A stretch of DNA of 64,000 bases from NCBI GenBank assembly GCA_036521915.1, contig DATDGU010000111.1, positions 966 through 64,965 on the forward strand, written 5' to 3'. Shown piece by piece: positions 9,526 to 19,305 of the stretch. Each line of letters opens with the position of its first letter. Position 1 is the stretch's first letter. Position numbers and translations under genes: made by a program. The stretch is from Acidimicrobiia bacterium. GTDB taxonomy: Bacteria > Actinomycetota > Acidimicrobiia > IMCC26256 > PALSA-555. A model generated the notes under the pieces. It had not been told where the DNA came from, did no database searches, and worked only from the letters and a program-made list of their open reading frames with translations.

Positions 9526-9918
9526 ATGGCCACCGTCACGACTATCCCCGGCTCCCCGCTCCCGGTGATCGCACCCACGCACCGGCACGGGACGCGTGCT
9601 GCCACCCCACGCGGTCGCCGGACATCCCCCACGGCTCACCGACGCCGGCGCATCGTCCTCGCCGCGCTGGCATTGGGGGCCGTGGTCGTGGCGGGGCAGG
9701 CGGGCGCCGCGCTCGGGGGCTCTCCCCTCGGAGCTCCCGGGCGCAGCCCGACCCTCGTCTCGTCCCGCACCATCGTCGTCCGTCCGGGCGACACGCTGTG
9801 GGCCATCGCCGAGCGGATCGATCCCGGCGCCGACCCGCGCCCGGTCGTCGACGAGCTCGTCACGCTGAACGGCTCCGCCCAGCTGCAGCCCGGCGAGACC
9901 CTGCGCGCGCCGGCCTGA
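9526..9918 (+). CDS. LysM-domain membrane-anchored protein, divergent from lexA
   Basis: Has a TM segment IVLAALALGAVVVAG and a C-terminal LysM-like VRPGDTLWAIAERI...LNG...LQPGETL. The start at ATG 9526 is chosen; the ORF opens at 9469. Confidence 0.7.
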   Translation: MATVTTIPGSPLPVIAPTHRHGTRAATPRGRRTSPTAHRRRRIVLAALALGAVVVAGQAGAALGGSPLGAPGRSPTLVSSRTIVVRPGDTLWAIAERIDPGADPRPVVDELVTLNGSAQLQPGETLRAPA

Positions 9919-9967
9919 TCCGAGTCTCGCCCATCCCCCTCGGGAGGTGGCCGGTTACCGTGACGGC

Positions 9968-10453
9968 ATGCGCTGCCCGTTCTGCCAGGCCGACGACGAC
10001 AAGGTCGTCGACTCCCGCCCGGGTGATGACGGCGCGGCGGTCCGGCGGCGGCGCGAGTGCCTCGCCTGCGGCCGACGGTTTACGACGCAGGAGCGGATCG
10101 TCGAGCTGCCGCTCATGGTCGTCAAGCGTTCGGGGCAGCGCGAGCCGTTCGAGCGCCGCAAGCTCGAGGGCGGGATCGAGCGAGCGGTCGCCGGGAGTCC
10201 CGTCGACCGCGGCGCCGTCGAGGCCCTCGCCGCGGATATCGAGGAGGAGGCACGAGCCGCCGGCGCCGAGGTGGCCAGCGACCGCCTCGGCCTCGCGGTC
10301 CTCGAGCGCCTGCGGGCGCTGGACCCTGTCTCGTACCTCCGATTCGCCTCGGTGTACCAAGGCTTCGAGTCACCGGCCGACTTCGAGCGGGCCGCCGTCG
10401 AACTCCGCAAGACCACGGAGCCCAAGCGGGTCCGGAGCCGCGCCGCCCGCTGA
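9968..10453 (+). CDS. nrdR: Transcriptional repressor NrdR
   Basis: Starts MRCPFC...ECLACGRRFTT (zinc ribbon) followed by an ATP-cone. It lies immediately upstream of nrdJ. Confidence 0.93.
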   Translation: MRCPFCQADDDKVVDSRPGDDGAAVRRRRECLACGRRFTTQERIVELPLMVVKRSGQREPFERRKLEGGIERAVAGSPVDRGAVEALAADIEEEARAAGAEVASDRLGLAVLERLRALDPVSYLRFASVYQGFESPADFERAAVELRKTTEPKRVRSRAAR

Positions 10454-10471
10454 TCGGGCCTCGATCGGCGG

Positions 10472-10500
10472 TTGACGCCGACGAGTTGCAGTGCTGTAAT
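10472..10500 (+). promoter_or_regulatory. Candidate sigma-A type promoter of nrdJ
   Basis: TTGACG-N17-TGTAAT, about 100 nt upstream of the nrdJ start. Confidence 0.45.
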
Positions 10501-10533
10501 TCACCCTGCATCTCGCGCCCAGAGCCACCCAGA

Positions 10534-10549
10534 CCACAACATATGGTGG
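10534..10549. promoter_or_regulatory. Candidate NrdR box
   Basis: CCACAACATATGGTGG is a near-palindrome. By my count about 12 of 16 positions match the published NrdR-box consensus acaCwAtATaTwGtgt. A convincing second box was not found. Confidence 0.4.
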
Positions 10550-10598
10550 TGTAGACGCTCTGGAGCGCCACGAATACATGGAGGGGGAGGTCAGCGGT

Positions 10599-13500
10599 AT
10601 GGCCATCGCGCCGGAGCAGATCGGGATCGGGATCCGCCGGTACTTCACCCGGCCCGGGGAGCACCCCTACGACACCGTGGAGTGGGAGCACCGCGACGCC
10701 CGGATCCCGAACTACAAGGACGGCACCGACGCCTTCTTCCAGGCGGACGTCGAGTTCCCCGTCACGTGGTCGCAGAACGCGACGAACATCGTCGCCCAGA
10801 AGTACTTCCGGGGGACGCTCGGCACGCCAGACCGTGAGCACTCGCTCCGGCAGGTGTTCGACCGCATCGTCGACACGATCACGGCGTGGGGCGTCCGCGA
10901 CGGCTACTTCGTTGACGACGAGGAAGGCGCCGCATTCCGCAACGAGTTGAAGTACATCCTCACGCACCAGCGCGCGGCGTTCAACAGTCCGGTGTGGTTC
11001 AACATCGGCGTCGACGGCGTCCCGAACCAGGCGTCGGCATGTTTCATCCTGTCGGTCAAGGACACGATGGACGGGATCCTGAACTGGTACCGCGAAGAAG
11101 GCACCATCTTCAAGGGCGGCTCCGGGTCGGGGATCAACCTCTCGACCATCCGGTCGTCCCGCGAGCACCTCGCCGGCGGCGGGACAGCAAGCGGACCAGT
11201 GAGCTTCATGCGCGGCGCCGACGCGTCCGCGGGAACCATCAAGTCGGGCGGCAAGACACGCCGCGCCGCCAAGATGGTCGTGCTCAACGCAGGCCACCCC
11301 GACATCGAGGAGTTCATCTGGTGCAAAGCGCGGGAGGAGCGCAAGGCCCGCGCCCTGCGCGATGCAGGGTTTGACATGGACCTCGATGGCATTGACTCGC
11401 ATTCGATCCAGTACCAAAACGCCAACAACTCGGTGCGGGTCACCGACGAGTTCATGCGCGCCGTCGAGGAGGACCGCGACTGGGACCTCGTCGCCGTCAC
11501 AACCGGCGAAGCTCTTAAGACCGTCCGGGCGCGCGACCTGATGCGTCAGATCGCCGAGGCCGCGTGGGAGTGCGCGGACCCGGGCATGCAGTACGACACG
11601 ACGATCAACCGGTGGCACACCGTCCCGAACACGGGGCCGATCACGGCGAGCAACCCATGCTTTCCGGCCAGCGAGTTCGTGCACACCGATCGCGGGCTGC
11701 TGCGCTTCGGTGACCTGGTCCAGCTGACCGAGGCCGGCGAGTCGTTCGGGGTCTACACGCACGACGTCACGAACCCGGAGGCGTCGGCTCACCGCCTTGA
11801 GGTCACGCGCCCCGACGCCGTCATGCTCACGGGCTTGAACGAGATCGTGAAGCTCAGGTTCTCGAACGGCGCGCAGCTGCGCTGCACCCCCAATCACGCC
11901 CTCTTCACGACGAATCGGGGATACGTCGCCGCGTCCGAGCTCACGTCCGACGATCGCGTCAAGGTCCTTGATCTCCCTGCTCCCGCAACGAGGGCGGACT
12001 GGCGGCTTCCGTCCGCTGCGCTCCAGGCCGAGGTCGGACGGAGCACGTGCGAGCGCCGCGCCGTTCGCCTCCCGGAGAAGTGGAGCCCCGAGCTCGGCCA
12101 TTACCTCGGCTGGCTGGTCGGCGACGGATGCTTGACCGATTCCGCTGCGGTCACCGTGTACGGCGGCGACGAAGAGCAGCAGGAGGTGCTGCCCCGACAC
12201 CGTTCCTTCGTGGCCTCCATGCAGGACGGGTGGATGGCCAAGCCGTCGCAGCAAACGAACGGGACCGTCCAGCTGCGCGTTGGTCGGCGTACCATCCGGG
12301 ACTTCCTCGAGGCCTTGGGGGTCAGTCGACACCGCGCCGCCGGGAAGGTCGTGCCCGAGGCGATCAATCAGGCACCGACGCAGGTCGCCGCCGCGTTCCT
12401 GCAAGGCCTCTTCGACGCGGACGGCTGCGTCCACGACAGCGCGCACTACCGGTATGTCGGGCTCGGATCGGCGTCGGAGGAGCTCCTCCGGGGCGTCCAG
12501 CGCCTCCTGACGACCTTCGGCGTCTCGTCCCGGATCTACCGCGGCCGGGCCAGCTCACCGTCAGGGTTCACCTACGTGCGCAAGGGCGGCACCCGGGTCG
12601 AGTACGCCAGCGCGGCGATGTACGACCTGCGCATCTCGAGCGGCTCGATCGAGCGATTCGCCGACGCGATCGGCTTCAGCATCCCGCCGAAGGCCGGAAA
12701 GCTCGCGCGGTGTGTCGGTGAGCATCGCCGGTACGTCGTAGACCAGGACATCCGCCTCGTCGAGCGCAGTGACGACGGCGTCGAGCTCACCTACAACTTG
12801 TCCGAGCCACGCAACCACAGCTACGTCGTGAACGGCGTGGTGGTGCGCAACTGCAGTGAGTACATGTCGCTGGATGACTCGGCCTGCAACCTGGCGAGCA
12901 TCAACCTCTTGAAGTTCCTGAACGACGATGGGACCTTCGACGTCGAGGCGTTTCAGCAGACGGTGGAGGTCGTCTTCACGGCGCAGGAGATCATCGTCGG
13001 GAACGCCGACTACCCGACCGACAAGATCGCCGAGACGACGCGACGTTTCCGCCAGCTCGGTCTCGGCTACGCCAATCTCGGCGCGCTCCTGATGGCGCAG
13101 GGGCTCCCCTACGACTCGTCCGACGGGCGTGCGTGGGCGGCGACGCTCACCGCGCTCATGACGGGGCACGCGTACGCGACGAGCGCGCGCACCGCTCGCC
13201 GCATGGGTCCCTTTGCGGGGTTCGCCGAGAACGCCGAGCCGATGGTGGACGTGCTGCGGATGCACCGGGGAGAGGTCGCCAAGATCGATGAGGACCGCGT
13301 CCCGCCGGATCTGCTGAGCGCGGCGCAGCGGGCGTGGGACGACGCCGTCGAGATCGCCGAGGAGCACGGCGTGCGGAACTCGCAGGCCGTGGTCATCGCC
13401 CCGACAGGGACGATCGGCCTGGCGATGGACTGCGACACGACCGGTATCGAGCCGGATCTTGCGCTCACGAAGGCGAAGAAGCTCGTGGGCGGCGGCACCA

Positions 13501-14594
13501 TGTTCATCGTCAACCAGACGGTCCCGCGCGCCCTCGCTCACCTCGGCTACTCGGACGAGCAGGCCGCGGGGATCATCGGTCACATCGACGAGCACAAGTC
13601 GATCGTCGGTGCGCCCGGGTTCAAGGACGAGCATCTGCCCGTCTTCGCGTGCTCGATGGGCGACAACACGATCCATTACATGGGTCACGTGAAGATGATG
13701 GGGGCGGTGCAGCCATTCATCAGCGGCGCCATCTCGAAGACAGCGAACATGCCCGAGTCGGCCACGGTCGAAGAGGTAGAGCAGCTCTACCTCGACTCCT
13801 GGAAGCTCGGCATCAAGGCCATCGCCCTCTACCGAGACAACTGCAAGGTCGGCCAGCCGCTCGCGACACAGAAGAAAGGGTCGGCGACCGAGGACAGCGA
13901 GGAGTCAAACGCGCTGACCCAGCAGGTCGAGCGCGTCGTCGAGCACGTCATCGTCCAGAGCCCCGTCCGCCAGAAGCTCCCGCGGACGCGCGCCTCGAAG
14001 ACCTTCTCGTTCCGGGTCGCGGACTGCCACGGCTACGCGACGGTCGGTGAGTTCGAGGACGGCCGGCCGGGTGAGGTGTTCCTGAAGGTCGCGAAGCAGG
14101 GCTCCACGCTCGCCGGGATCATGGACGCCTTCGCGATCTCGGTGAGCCACGGACTCCAGTACGGCGTGCCCCTGCGTGCGTTCGTCGAGATGTTCACCAA
14201 CATGCGCTTCGAGCCCGCCGGCATCACCGACGACCCGGAGATCCGGATTGCGACGAGCCTGGTCGACTACATCTTCCGACGCCTCGCCGTCGAGTACCTG
14301 ACGGTGGAGGAGCGCTCCGACCTCGGGATCTTCACCGTCGCCGAACGCTTGCAGCCGACCCTCCCTGGGGTGGAGGAGGCGGTGACGCCGAACCAAGCGG
14401 CGTTCGACGTGCTGCCTCCCGAGGACCGGGCGCCTTCGGCAGCGCTTGAGGCCGCGCCGACCGAGACGAGCACCCTTGCACCGTCCCGACGCAGTGCTGA
14501 CGTCATCCTCTGCTACGTGTGCGGCGACATCATGCAGCGCGCCGGCTCGTGCCACGCCTGTCCCAGCTGCGGCGCCACCAGCGGCTGCTCGTAG
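10599..14594 (+). CDS. nrdJ: Adenosylcobalamin-dependent (class II) ribonucleotide reductase NrdJ, interrupted by an intein
   Basis: The N-extein has RYFTRPGEHPYDTVEWEH and VAQKYFRG. The catalytic loop ASNP|CSEYMSLDDSACNLAS is split by the intein. The C-terminal tail is Cys-rich (CYVCG...CHACPSCG). ATG 10599 has the GGAGGGGGAGG RBS; an alternative ATG is at 10578. Confidence 0.93.
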   Translation: MAIAPEQIGIGIRRYFTRPGEHPYDTVEWEHRDARIPNYKDGTDAFFQADVEFPVTWSQNATNIVAQKYFRGTLGTPDREHSLRQVFDRIVDTITAWGVRDGYFVDDEEGAAFRNELKYILTHQRAAFNSPVWFNIGVDGVPNQASACFILSVKDTMDGILNWYREEGTIFKGGSGSGINLSTIRSSREHLAGGGTASGPVSFMRGADASAGTIKSGGKTRRAAKMVVLNAGHPDIEEFIWCKAREERKARALRDAGFDMDLDGIDSHSIQYQNANNSVRVTDEFMRAVEEDRDWDLVAVTTGEALKTVRARDLMRQIAEAAWECADPGMQYDTTINRWHTVPNTGPITASNPCFPASEFVHTDRGLLRFGDLVQLTEAGESFGVYTHDVTNPEASAHRLEVTRPDAVMLTGLNEIVKLRFSNGAQLRCTPNHALFTTNRGYVAASELTSDDRVKVLDLPAPATRADWRLPSAALQAEVGRSTCERRAVRLPEKWSPELGHYLGWLVGDGCLTDSAAVTVYGGDEEQQEVLPRHRSFVASMQDGWMAKPSQQTNGTVQLRVGRRTIRDFLEALGVSRHRAAGKVVPEAINQAPTQVAAAFLQGLFDADGCVHDSAHYRYVGLGSASEELLRGVQRLLTTFGVSSRIYRGRASSPSGFTYVRKGGTRVEYASAAMYDLRISSGSIERFADAIGFSIPPKAGKLARCVGEHRRYVVDQDIRLVERSDDGVELTYNLSEPRNHSYVVNGVVVRNCSEYMSLDDSACNLASINLLKFLNDDGTFDVEAFQQTVEVVFTAQEIIVGNADYPTDKIAETTRRFRQLGLGYANLGALLMAQGLPYDSSDGRAWAATLTALMTGHAYATSARTARRMGPFAGFAENAEPMVDVLRMHRGEVAKIDEDRVPPDLLSAAQRAWDDAVEIAEEHGVRNSQAVVIAPTGTIGLAMDCDTTGIEPDLALTKAKKLVGGGTMFIVNQTVPRALAHLGYSDEQAAGIIGHIDEHKSIVGAPGFKDEHLPVFACSMGDNTIHYMGHVKMMGAVQPFISGAISKTANMPESATVEEVEQLYLDSWKLGIKAIALYRDNCKVGQPLATQKKGSATEDSEESNALTQQVERVVEHVIVQSPVRQKLPRTRASKTFSFRVADCHGYATVGEFEDGRPGEVFLKVAKQGSTLAGIMDAFAISVSHGLQYGVPLRAFVEMFTNMRFEPAGITDDPEIRIATSLVDYIFRRLAVEYLTVEERSDLGIFTVAERLQPTLPGVEEAVTPNQAAFDVLPPEDRAPSAALEAAPTETSTLAPSRRSADVILCYVCGDIMQRAGSCHACPSCGATSGCS
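11658..12851 (+). mobile_element. Intein (398 aa) with LAGLIDADG homing-endonuclease domain inside nrdJ
   Basis: Begins at Cys (CFPASEFVHT) immediately after ASNP. Block B is TPNH. There are two dodecapeptide motifs, LGWLVGDGC and LQGLFDADGC. It ends ...VVNGVVVRN followed by the extein +1 Cys (CSEY). Confidence 0.9.
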
Positions 14595-14869
14595 GACTCA
14601 ACACAGTTCAACGCGCGGACGCGGAGGTCAGCGTCGTCACGATGCGTTCGCGACGGCCGTCCAGAACTCGTCGTGACCGTCGTCGGGTCCGGCCAGGGTG
14701 CGTTGCGTGGTGGTCGACGGGGAGCACTCAGCGTGGACGACCTCGTGGCCCGCGTCGCCCGCAGCGTGGAGTTGGCCCCGCCACGCGTCCGGCTGACACC
14801 GAACCGCTGCCGATTCGTGCAAAGGTGCCACGCCGCGGTGTCGACGGGCGCAGAAGGAGTCAGACCGCC

Positions 14870-15871
14870 ATGGTGGCGAGCGCCGAGCTGGGTCGGCGGT
14901 GGGGCGGTGCCGTTCGTCGGGGAGCGACGTGTGTCGCGATTGGCGCACTCGCCGCGGTGGGTCTCGTGGCGGGCGCGACCGGCGCGGGCGCGTCGGGCGC
15001 GAGCTCGCAGGCGTGCGCCGGTGGTTCTGCGGGCACCCGGACCGTCACCGTGAAGGCGTCCGGGCGGAATCGGACGGTCATCGTGCACGCGCCCTCGGGC
15101 TACACGGGGAAGACTCCCGTGTCGCTGGTGCTGAACCTTCACGGGACCGGCTCCACTGCCGCACAGCAGGAGGCGTTCAGCGGCATGGACGAGACGGCGA
15201 ACACCGGAGGCTTCATCGTGGCGTACCCGCAGGGCGCGATTCGCTCAGGCTCCGGCTACGACTGGAACATCCCGGGCGTCCCCTTGTTCGGTGGCAAGCC
15301 CGTTCCCGCTGGATCGGCGAACGACATCTCGTTCATCTCGCAGACGATCACCTACCTGCAGCAGCACTACTGCGTGGACGCCTCGCGTGTCGACGTAACC
15401 GGGTTCTCCGGTGGTGCGAGGCTGACGAGCCAGCTCGGCTGTGACCTGTCGGCCCGAGTCGCGGCCATCGCGCCGGTCAGCGGCCTGCGACTGCCGTCGC
15501 CCTGCCCGACGACACGTCCGGTGCCGGTCATCTCGTTCCACGGGACCGCCGACCCAGTCGACCCGTACAACGGCAACGGCCAGGCGTACTGGACCTACAG
15601 CGTGCCGACCGCAGCCCAGCGGTGGGGTGCGCAGGACGCCTGCGGCGCCACGCCAACGACGACGATGACCAACCCCCAGCTGACCCTTACCCAGTACAAC
15701 GGGTGCGCGGGTGGCGCGGTGGTGTCGCTCTACACGATCGCCGGCGCGGGGCACACCTGGCCCGGCGGGCCGCCGCTCTCGCGGAGCATCACGCGCGTCC
15801 TCGGACCGCAGTCACAGATTCAGGCGTCGTCCATGATCGCCGCGTTCTTCAAGCAGCACCCGCTGAGCTGA
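14870..15871 (+). CDS. Secreted PHB-depolymerase-family esterase (LpqC-like)
   Basis: Signal-like N-terminus MVASAELGRRWGG...AIGALAAVGLVAGATGAGA. Has LNLHGTGST and the nucleophile elbow GFSGGA. The ATG at 14870 is preferred over the ORF start at 14519. Confidence 0.75.
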   Translation: MVASAELGRRWGGAVRRGATCVAIGALAAVGLVAGATGAGASGASSQACAGGSAGTRTVTVKASGRNRTVIVHAPSGYTGKTPVSLVLNLHGTGSTAAQQEAFSGMDETANTGGFIVAYPQGAIRSGSGYDWNIPGVPLFGGKPVPAGSANDISFISQTITYLQQHYCVDASRVDVTGFSGGARLTSQLGCDLSARVAAIAPVSGLRLPSPCPTTRPVPVISFHGTADPVDPYNGNGQAYWTYSVPTAAQRWGAQDACGATPTTTMTNPQLTLTQYNGCAGGAVVSLYTIAGAGHTWPGGPPLSRSITRVLGPQSQIQASSMIAAFFKQHPLS

Positions 15872-15891
15872 GGGCCGCGGCACCGCCGCGG

Positions 15892-16371
15892 TCAGATGCG
15901 CAGCGGCTTGACGGGCGCGAGCACGGCGGCGGGGTCGTCCCAGTTCTGCCCGGGGACGTCGATGTAGAGCTCGACCTCGTTGCCGTCGGGGTCGAGCACA
16001 TAGAGGCTGTGCGTGACGGTGTGGTCGCTGGTGCCGACGATCTGGACGCCGGCCTCCTGGACCCGAGCGAGCGCGTCGCGCAGCTCGCCGTCGGTGTCAC
16101 CGACCTTGAGGCCGAAGTGGTAGAGCCCGACCCGGCGCCCCGCGGGGATGGGCTGCGCGTCGGGTCCCACCTCGATCAGGAGCAGCTCGTGGTGGGTGCG
16201 GCCGGACGAGAACGCGGCCGCCGGCATCCCGGCGGGCCGTGCGATCTCGTGCCAGCCCAGCACGTCGCGGTAGAAGGCCTCGGAGCGCGGGAGATCGCGG
16301 ACGTAAAGGACGAGATGGCCGAGCTCTTTCACGGTCACGACAACGTCACCTCCGCTGGGGGCTTGCTCCAT
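15892..16371 (-). CDS. VOC (glyoxalase/bleomycin-resistance/dioxygenase) family protein
   Basis: 159 aa. Has LGHLVLYVRDLPRSEAFYRDVLGW and a second beta-alpha-beta-beta-beta module ending DPDGNEVEL. Confidence 0.8.
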   Translation of the reverse strand: MEQAPSGGDVVVTVKELGHLVLYVRDLPRSEAFYRDVLGWHEIARPAGMPAAAFSSGRTHHELLLIEVGPDAQPIPAGRRVGLYHFGLKVGDTDGELRDALARVQEAGVQIVGTSDHTVTHSLYVLDPDGNEVELYIDVPGQNWDDPAAVLAPVKPLRI

Positions 16372-16432
16372 GATGCAGCGCCGTCACCTCGCCGGCTATT
16401 CCTGCTCGCGGCCCTCGGCGTGCGGCGGGCCG

Positions 16433-17494
16433 TCATGCGGGCGCGATCGCCGACCAGTAGCCGCCGCCGAGCATCGCCTCGAGCGTCGCCCGGTGGGTTA
16501 TGAGGTCGTCGGGATCCTCCGGTGGCTCGGCCTCGCCGAAGTGGATGGCCCGCTGCTGGATGCGGCTCATGATGATCCCGTGTCGCAACGCGGCGTAGAG
16601 CGTGTAGAAGTCGAGGTCCCGGGGTTCGTGACCGGTGAGGGCCTCGTATCGGGCCGCGATGTCGTCCCGGCGGAGGAAGTCGGGGAGCCCGGGCAGCGTG
16701 AACTGGCCGGCCACGTCCTGGAAGAACCGGTGCAGGAAGATGAGCCAGCCGAGGTCGAGCTCCGGGGGGCCGAGGGTGGCCATCTCCCAGTCGAGGACGG
16801 CGACGGGCTCGAAGTCCCGGTAGATGACGTTGCCGATCCGAGAGTCGCCCCAGCTCAGGACGGCGTCGCTCTCCTCGGCCGGCCAGTGGTCGCGGAGCCA
16901 TTGGAAGCAGCGCTCGAGGAGCGGCTGGCGCGTGCCGGCGCTGACCCACTCGTAGTACATCCACTGCTCGGCGACGTGGCGCGCGAGCAGGGAACCCGTG
17001 CCGGCGGGCGCGAGGAAGCCGAAGCGATCCGTCGGGTCGGGGATGGCGTGCAGGTCGGCGAGGATCTGGACGGTCGCGTCCTGGAGATGGTCGCGCTGGG
17101 CGGACGTCGCCTCGGTGAGCCAGCTGGCGATGTTGTATGGCATCAGGTCGGGCGGGACCTGGCCGTCGACGCGGTCCATCACGAAGAACGGCGAGCCGAG
17201 CGCGTCGGCGTCGAGCTCGAGCCAGCGCACGTGGGGGACCGGGACCGCGCTGAGCTCGGCGACACGCTTGAGCACCCGGTACTGCTTCTCGAGGTCATAG
17301 GACGGGAACACCGGCACGGCTGCCGTCATCGGGGTGAGGCGGGCCACGAGTCGATCGGCCTGGGTGCGCTCGCCGTCACGCCACGTCAGATCGAAGAGCA
17401 CCGTCTCGCTCGACAGCCCGTTCGAATCGGGCACGTCGAACTCGGACACGTGGGGGTCGGCGTCCGGCGGGAGTCGCTCGACGAGCCACGCCAC
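16433..17494 (-). CDS. Phosphotransferase (APH/ChoK-like kinase) family protein
   Basis: 353 aa. Has a Brenner-type motif LSWGDSRIGNVIY and VLDWE. Confidence 0.75.
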   Translation of the reverse strand: MAWLVERLPPDADPHVSEFDVPDSNGLSSETVLFDLTWRDGERTQADRLVARLTPMTAAVPVFPSYDLEKQYRVLKRVAELSAVPVPHVRWLELDADALGSPFFVMDRVDGQVPPDLMPYNIASWLTEATSAQRDHLQDATVQILADLHAIPDPTDRFGFLAPAGTGSLLARHVAEQWMYYEWVSAGTRQPLLERCFQWLRDHWPAEESDAVLSWGDSRIGNVIYRDFEPVAVLDWEMATLGPPELDLGWLIFLHRFFQDVAGQFTLPGLPDFLRRDDIAARYEALTGHEPRDLDFYTLYAALRHGIIMSRIQQRAIHFGEAEPPEDPDDLITHRATLEAMLGGGYWSAIAPA

Positions 17495-17624
17495 GAGCCG
17501 ATCGTGCAGCTCGCCGAGGTCGCGGGTCGAGGTCTGGGGTCGGGGCGTCTCGTCCGTCCGGCGGGTTTAGCACCTCACCGGCCGTCGCGAGGTCGGTCGG
17601 GGACGCTGCTCTACGCTGGGCGTC

Positions 17625-18803
17625 GTGGATCTCGACTATCTGGCCTTCGACGCCGACAACCACTATTACGAGGCGCTCGACGCGTTCACCCGGCACCTCG
17701 ACCCGCGACTCGGGCCGCGCTGCGTGCAGTGGGCGGAGATCAACGGCCGCCGCTATCACGTGGTGGGCGGGCGGGTCAGCCACGCCGTGGTGAACCCGAC
17801 GTTCGACCCGGTCGCGAAGGCCGGCGCGCTGCACGACTACTTCCGTGGGAACCCCGACGAGAAGTCGCCGCTCGAGTTCCTGCGGGCGCGCGAGCCCATC
17901 CGGGCCGAGTACCGGGATCGCGAGGCGCGCCTGGCGACGCTCGACGAGTTCGGCCTCGAGTCGGTGTGGCTGTTCCCGACGCTCGGCATCCTCTACGAGG
18001 AGCTGCTGAAGGACGACCCGGAGGCGGTGACGCTCACGTTCACCGCCTTCAACCGCTGGCTCGACGAGGACTGGGGCTGCAACTACCAGGACCGGATCTA
18101 CGCCGCGCCGTACGTGTCGCTGTGCGACGTCGACTGGGCGGTCCGCGAGCTGGAATGGGCGCTGGACCACGACGCCCGGACGGTGGTGATGCGACCCGCG
18201 GCGCCGACCACGGCGACGGGTCAGCTCCCGCCGACCGACCCGGCGTTCGACCCGTTCTGGGCCCGGGCCAACGAGGCGGGGATCACCGTCGTCGTGCACG
18301 CCGGGGACAGCGGGTACTCGTCGCAGGGCTACGCGAAGGATGGCTTCGCAGCGACGTTCGAGGGCGCGGGCCGGCCGTCGATCAAGACGCTGGCGATCGA
18401 GCGGGCCGCGTACGACTTCCTGCTCACGCTGGTGTTCGACCGGCTCTTCGACCGGTTCCCGAACCTGCGGGTCGCGTCCGTGGAGAACGGGTCGGAGTTC
18501 CTGCCCGACCTCTTCCACAAGCTCGCGTCGACGCGGCGCAAGATGCCGGGCTACTTCCATGAGGACCCGGCCGAGACGTTCCGCCGTCACGTGTCGATCA
18601 ACCCGTTCTGGGAGGACGACCCGTACCAGGTGGTCGAGCTGATGGGCGCCGACCGGGTGATCTTCGGGTCGGACTGGCCTCACATCGAGGGCATGCCGCG
18701 CCCCCTCGACTACGTCGCCGAGCTCAAGGAGCTCGATGACGACCCGCGACGGCTCGTCATGCGCGACAACGCCCGCGCGCTGACGGTCCGCCGGCCGGCA
18801 TGA
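17625..18803 (+). CDS. Amidohydrolase-2 family metal-dependent hydrolase
   Basis: 392 aa. The AFDADNHYYE N-terminal metal motif, VVVHAGD and FGSDWPH are typical of the PF04909-type fold. Confidence 0.75.
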   Translation: MDLDYLAFDADNHYYEALDAFTRHLDPRLGPRCVQWAEINGRRYHVVGGRVSHAVVNPTFDPVAKAGALHDYFRGNPDEKSPLEFLRAREPIRAEYRDREARLATLDEFGLESVWLFPTLGILYEELLKDDPEAVTLTFTAFNRWLDEDWGCNYQDRIYAAPYVSLCDVDWAVRELEWALDHDARTVVMRPAAPTTATGQLPPTDPAFDPFWARANEAGITVVVHAGDSGYSSQGYAKDGFAATFEGAGRPSIKTLAIERAAYDFLLTLVFDRLFDRFPNLRVASVENGSEFLPDLFHKLASTRRKMPGYFHEDPAETFRRHVSINPFWEDDPYQVVELMGADRVIFGSDWPHIEGMPRPLDYVAELKELDDDPRRLVMRDNARALTVRRPA

Positions 18804-19300
18804 GCCAGGCGGACGTCGACCGGGGCTCCCGGGAGGAGGAGTGGGCGGACCTGCGCGCCCGGTACCTGCGCCCCCGGGCCGACCGCCCGCCGACCAGCGC
18901 GCGGGGCGTCCACCACGTCGCCCTGCTCAGCCAGGACGTCGAGCGCACGATCCGCTTCTACCAGGAGGTGCTCGGCTTCCCGCTCACCGAGCTGTTCGAG
19001 AACCGTGACTACAACGGCTCGACGCACTTCTTCTTCGACATCGGGAATGGGAACGCGCTCGCCTTCTTCGACTTCCCGCGCCTCGATCTCGGCCCCTACG
19101 CCGAGGTGCTGGGTGGCCTGCACCACCTCGCGATCTCCGTGCCGCCCGCGCGGTGGCAAGAGCAGCGCCGCCGGCTGGAGGAGGCGGGCGTGTCGATCGA
19201 GAACATCGATTCGTCGCTGTACTTCCGTGACCCCGACGGCGCTCGCATCGAGCTGATCAGCGACCCGCTCGGGGAGATGTACGGCAACCCCGTCTTCTGA
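18800..19300 (+). CDS. VOC family protein
   Basis: 166 aa. ATGA overlap with the amidohydrolase gene. Has HHVALLSQDVERTIRFYQEVLGF and FRDPDGARIEL. Confidence 0.8.
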   Translation: MSQADVDRGSREEEWADLRARYLRPRADRPPTSARGVHHVALLSQDVERTIRFYQEVLGFPLTELFENRDYNGSTHFFFDIGNGNALAFFDFPRLDLGPYAEVLGGLHHLAISVPPARWQEQRRRLEEAGVSIENIDSSLYFRDPDGARIELISDPLGEMYGNPVF

Positions 19301-19305
19301 TCCGG

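Noticed and set aside
10454-10598. Possible cobalamin riboswitch upstream of the B12-dependent nrdJ
   Set aside because: The leader is only about 125-145 nt, and I could not find a B12-box-like conserved core.
10122-12446. 774-aa minus-strand ORF opposite nrdR and nrdJ
   Set aside because: It is antisense to strongly recognisable genes, and its composition is dominated by R, G, A, P, D and V. There are no motifs.
14595-14869. 275-nt gap after nrdJ, examined for a small gene or RNA
   Set aside because: The ORFs here (for example 14637..14948 minus) are compositionally shadow-like. No conserved RNA motif or strong hairpin was recognised.
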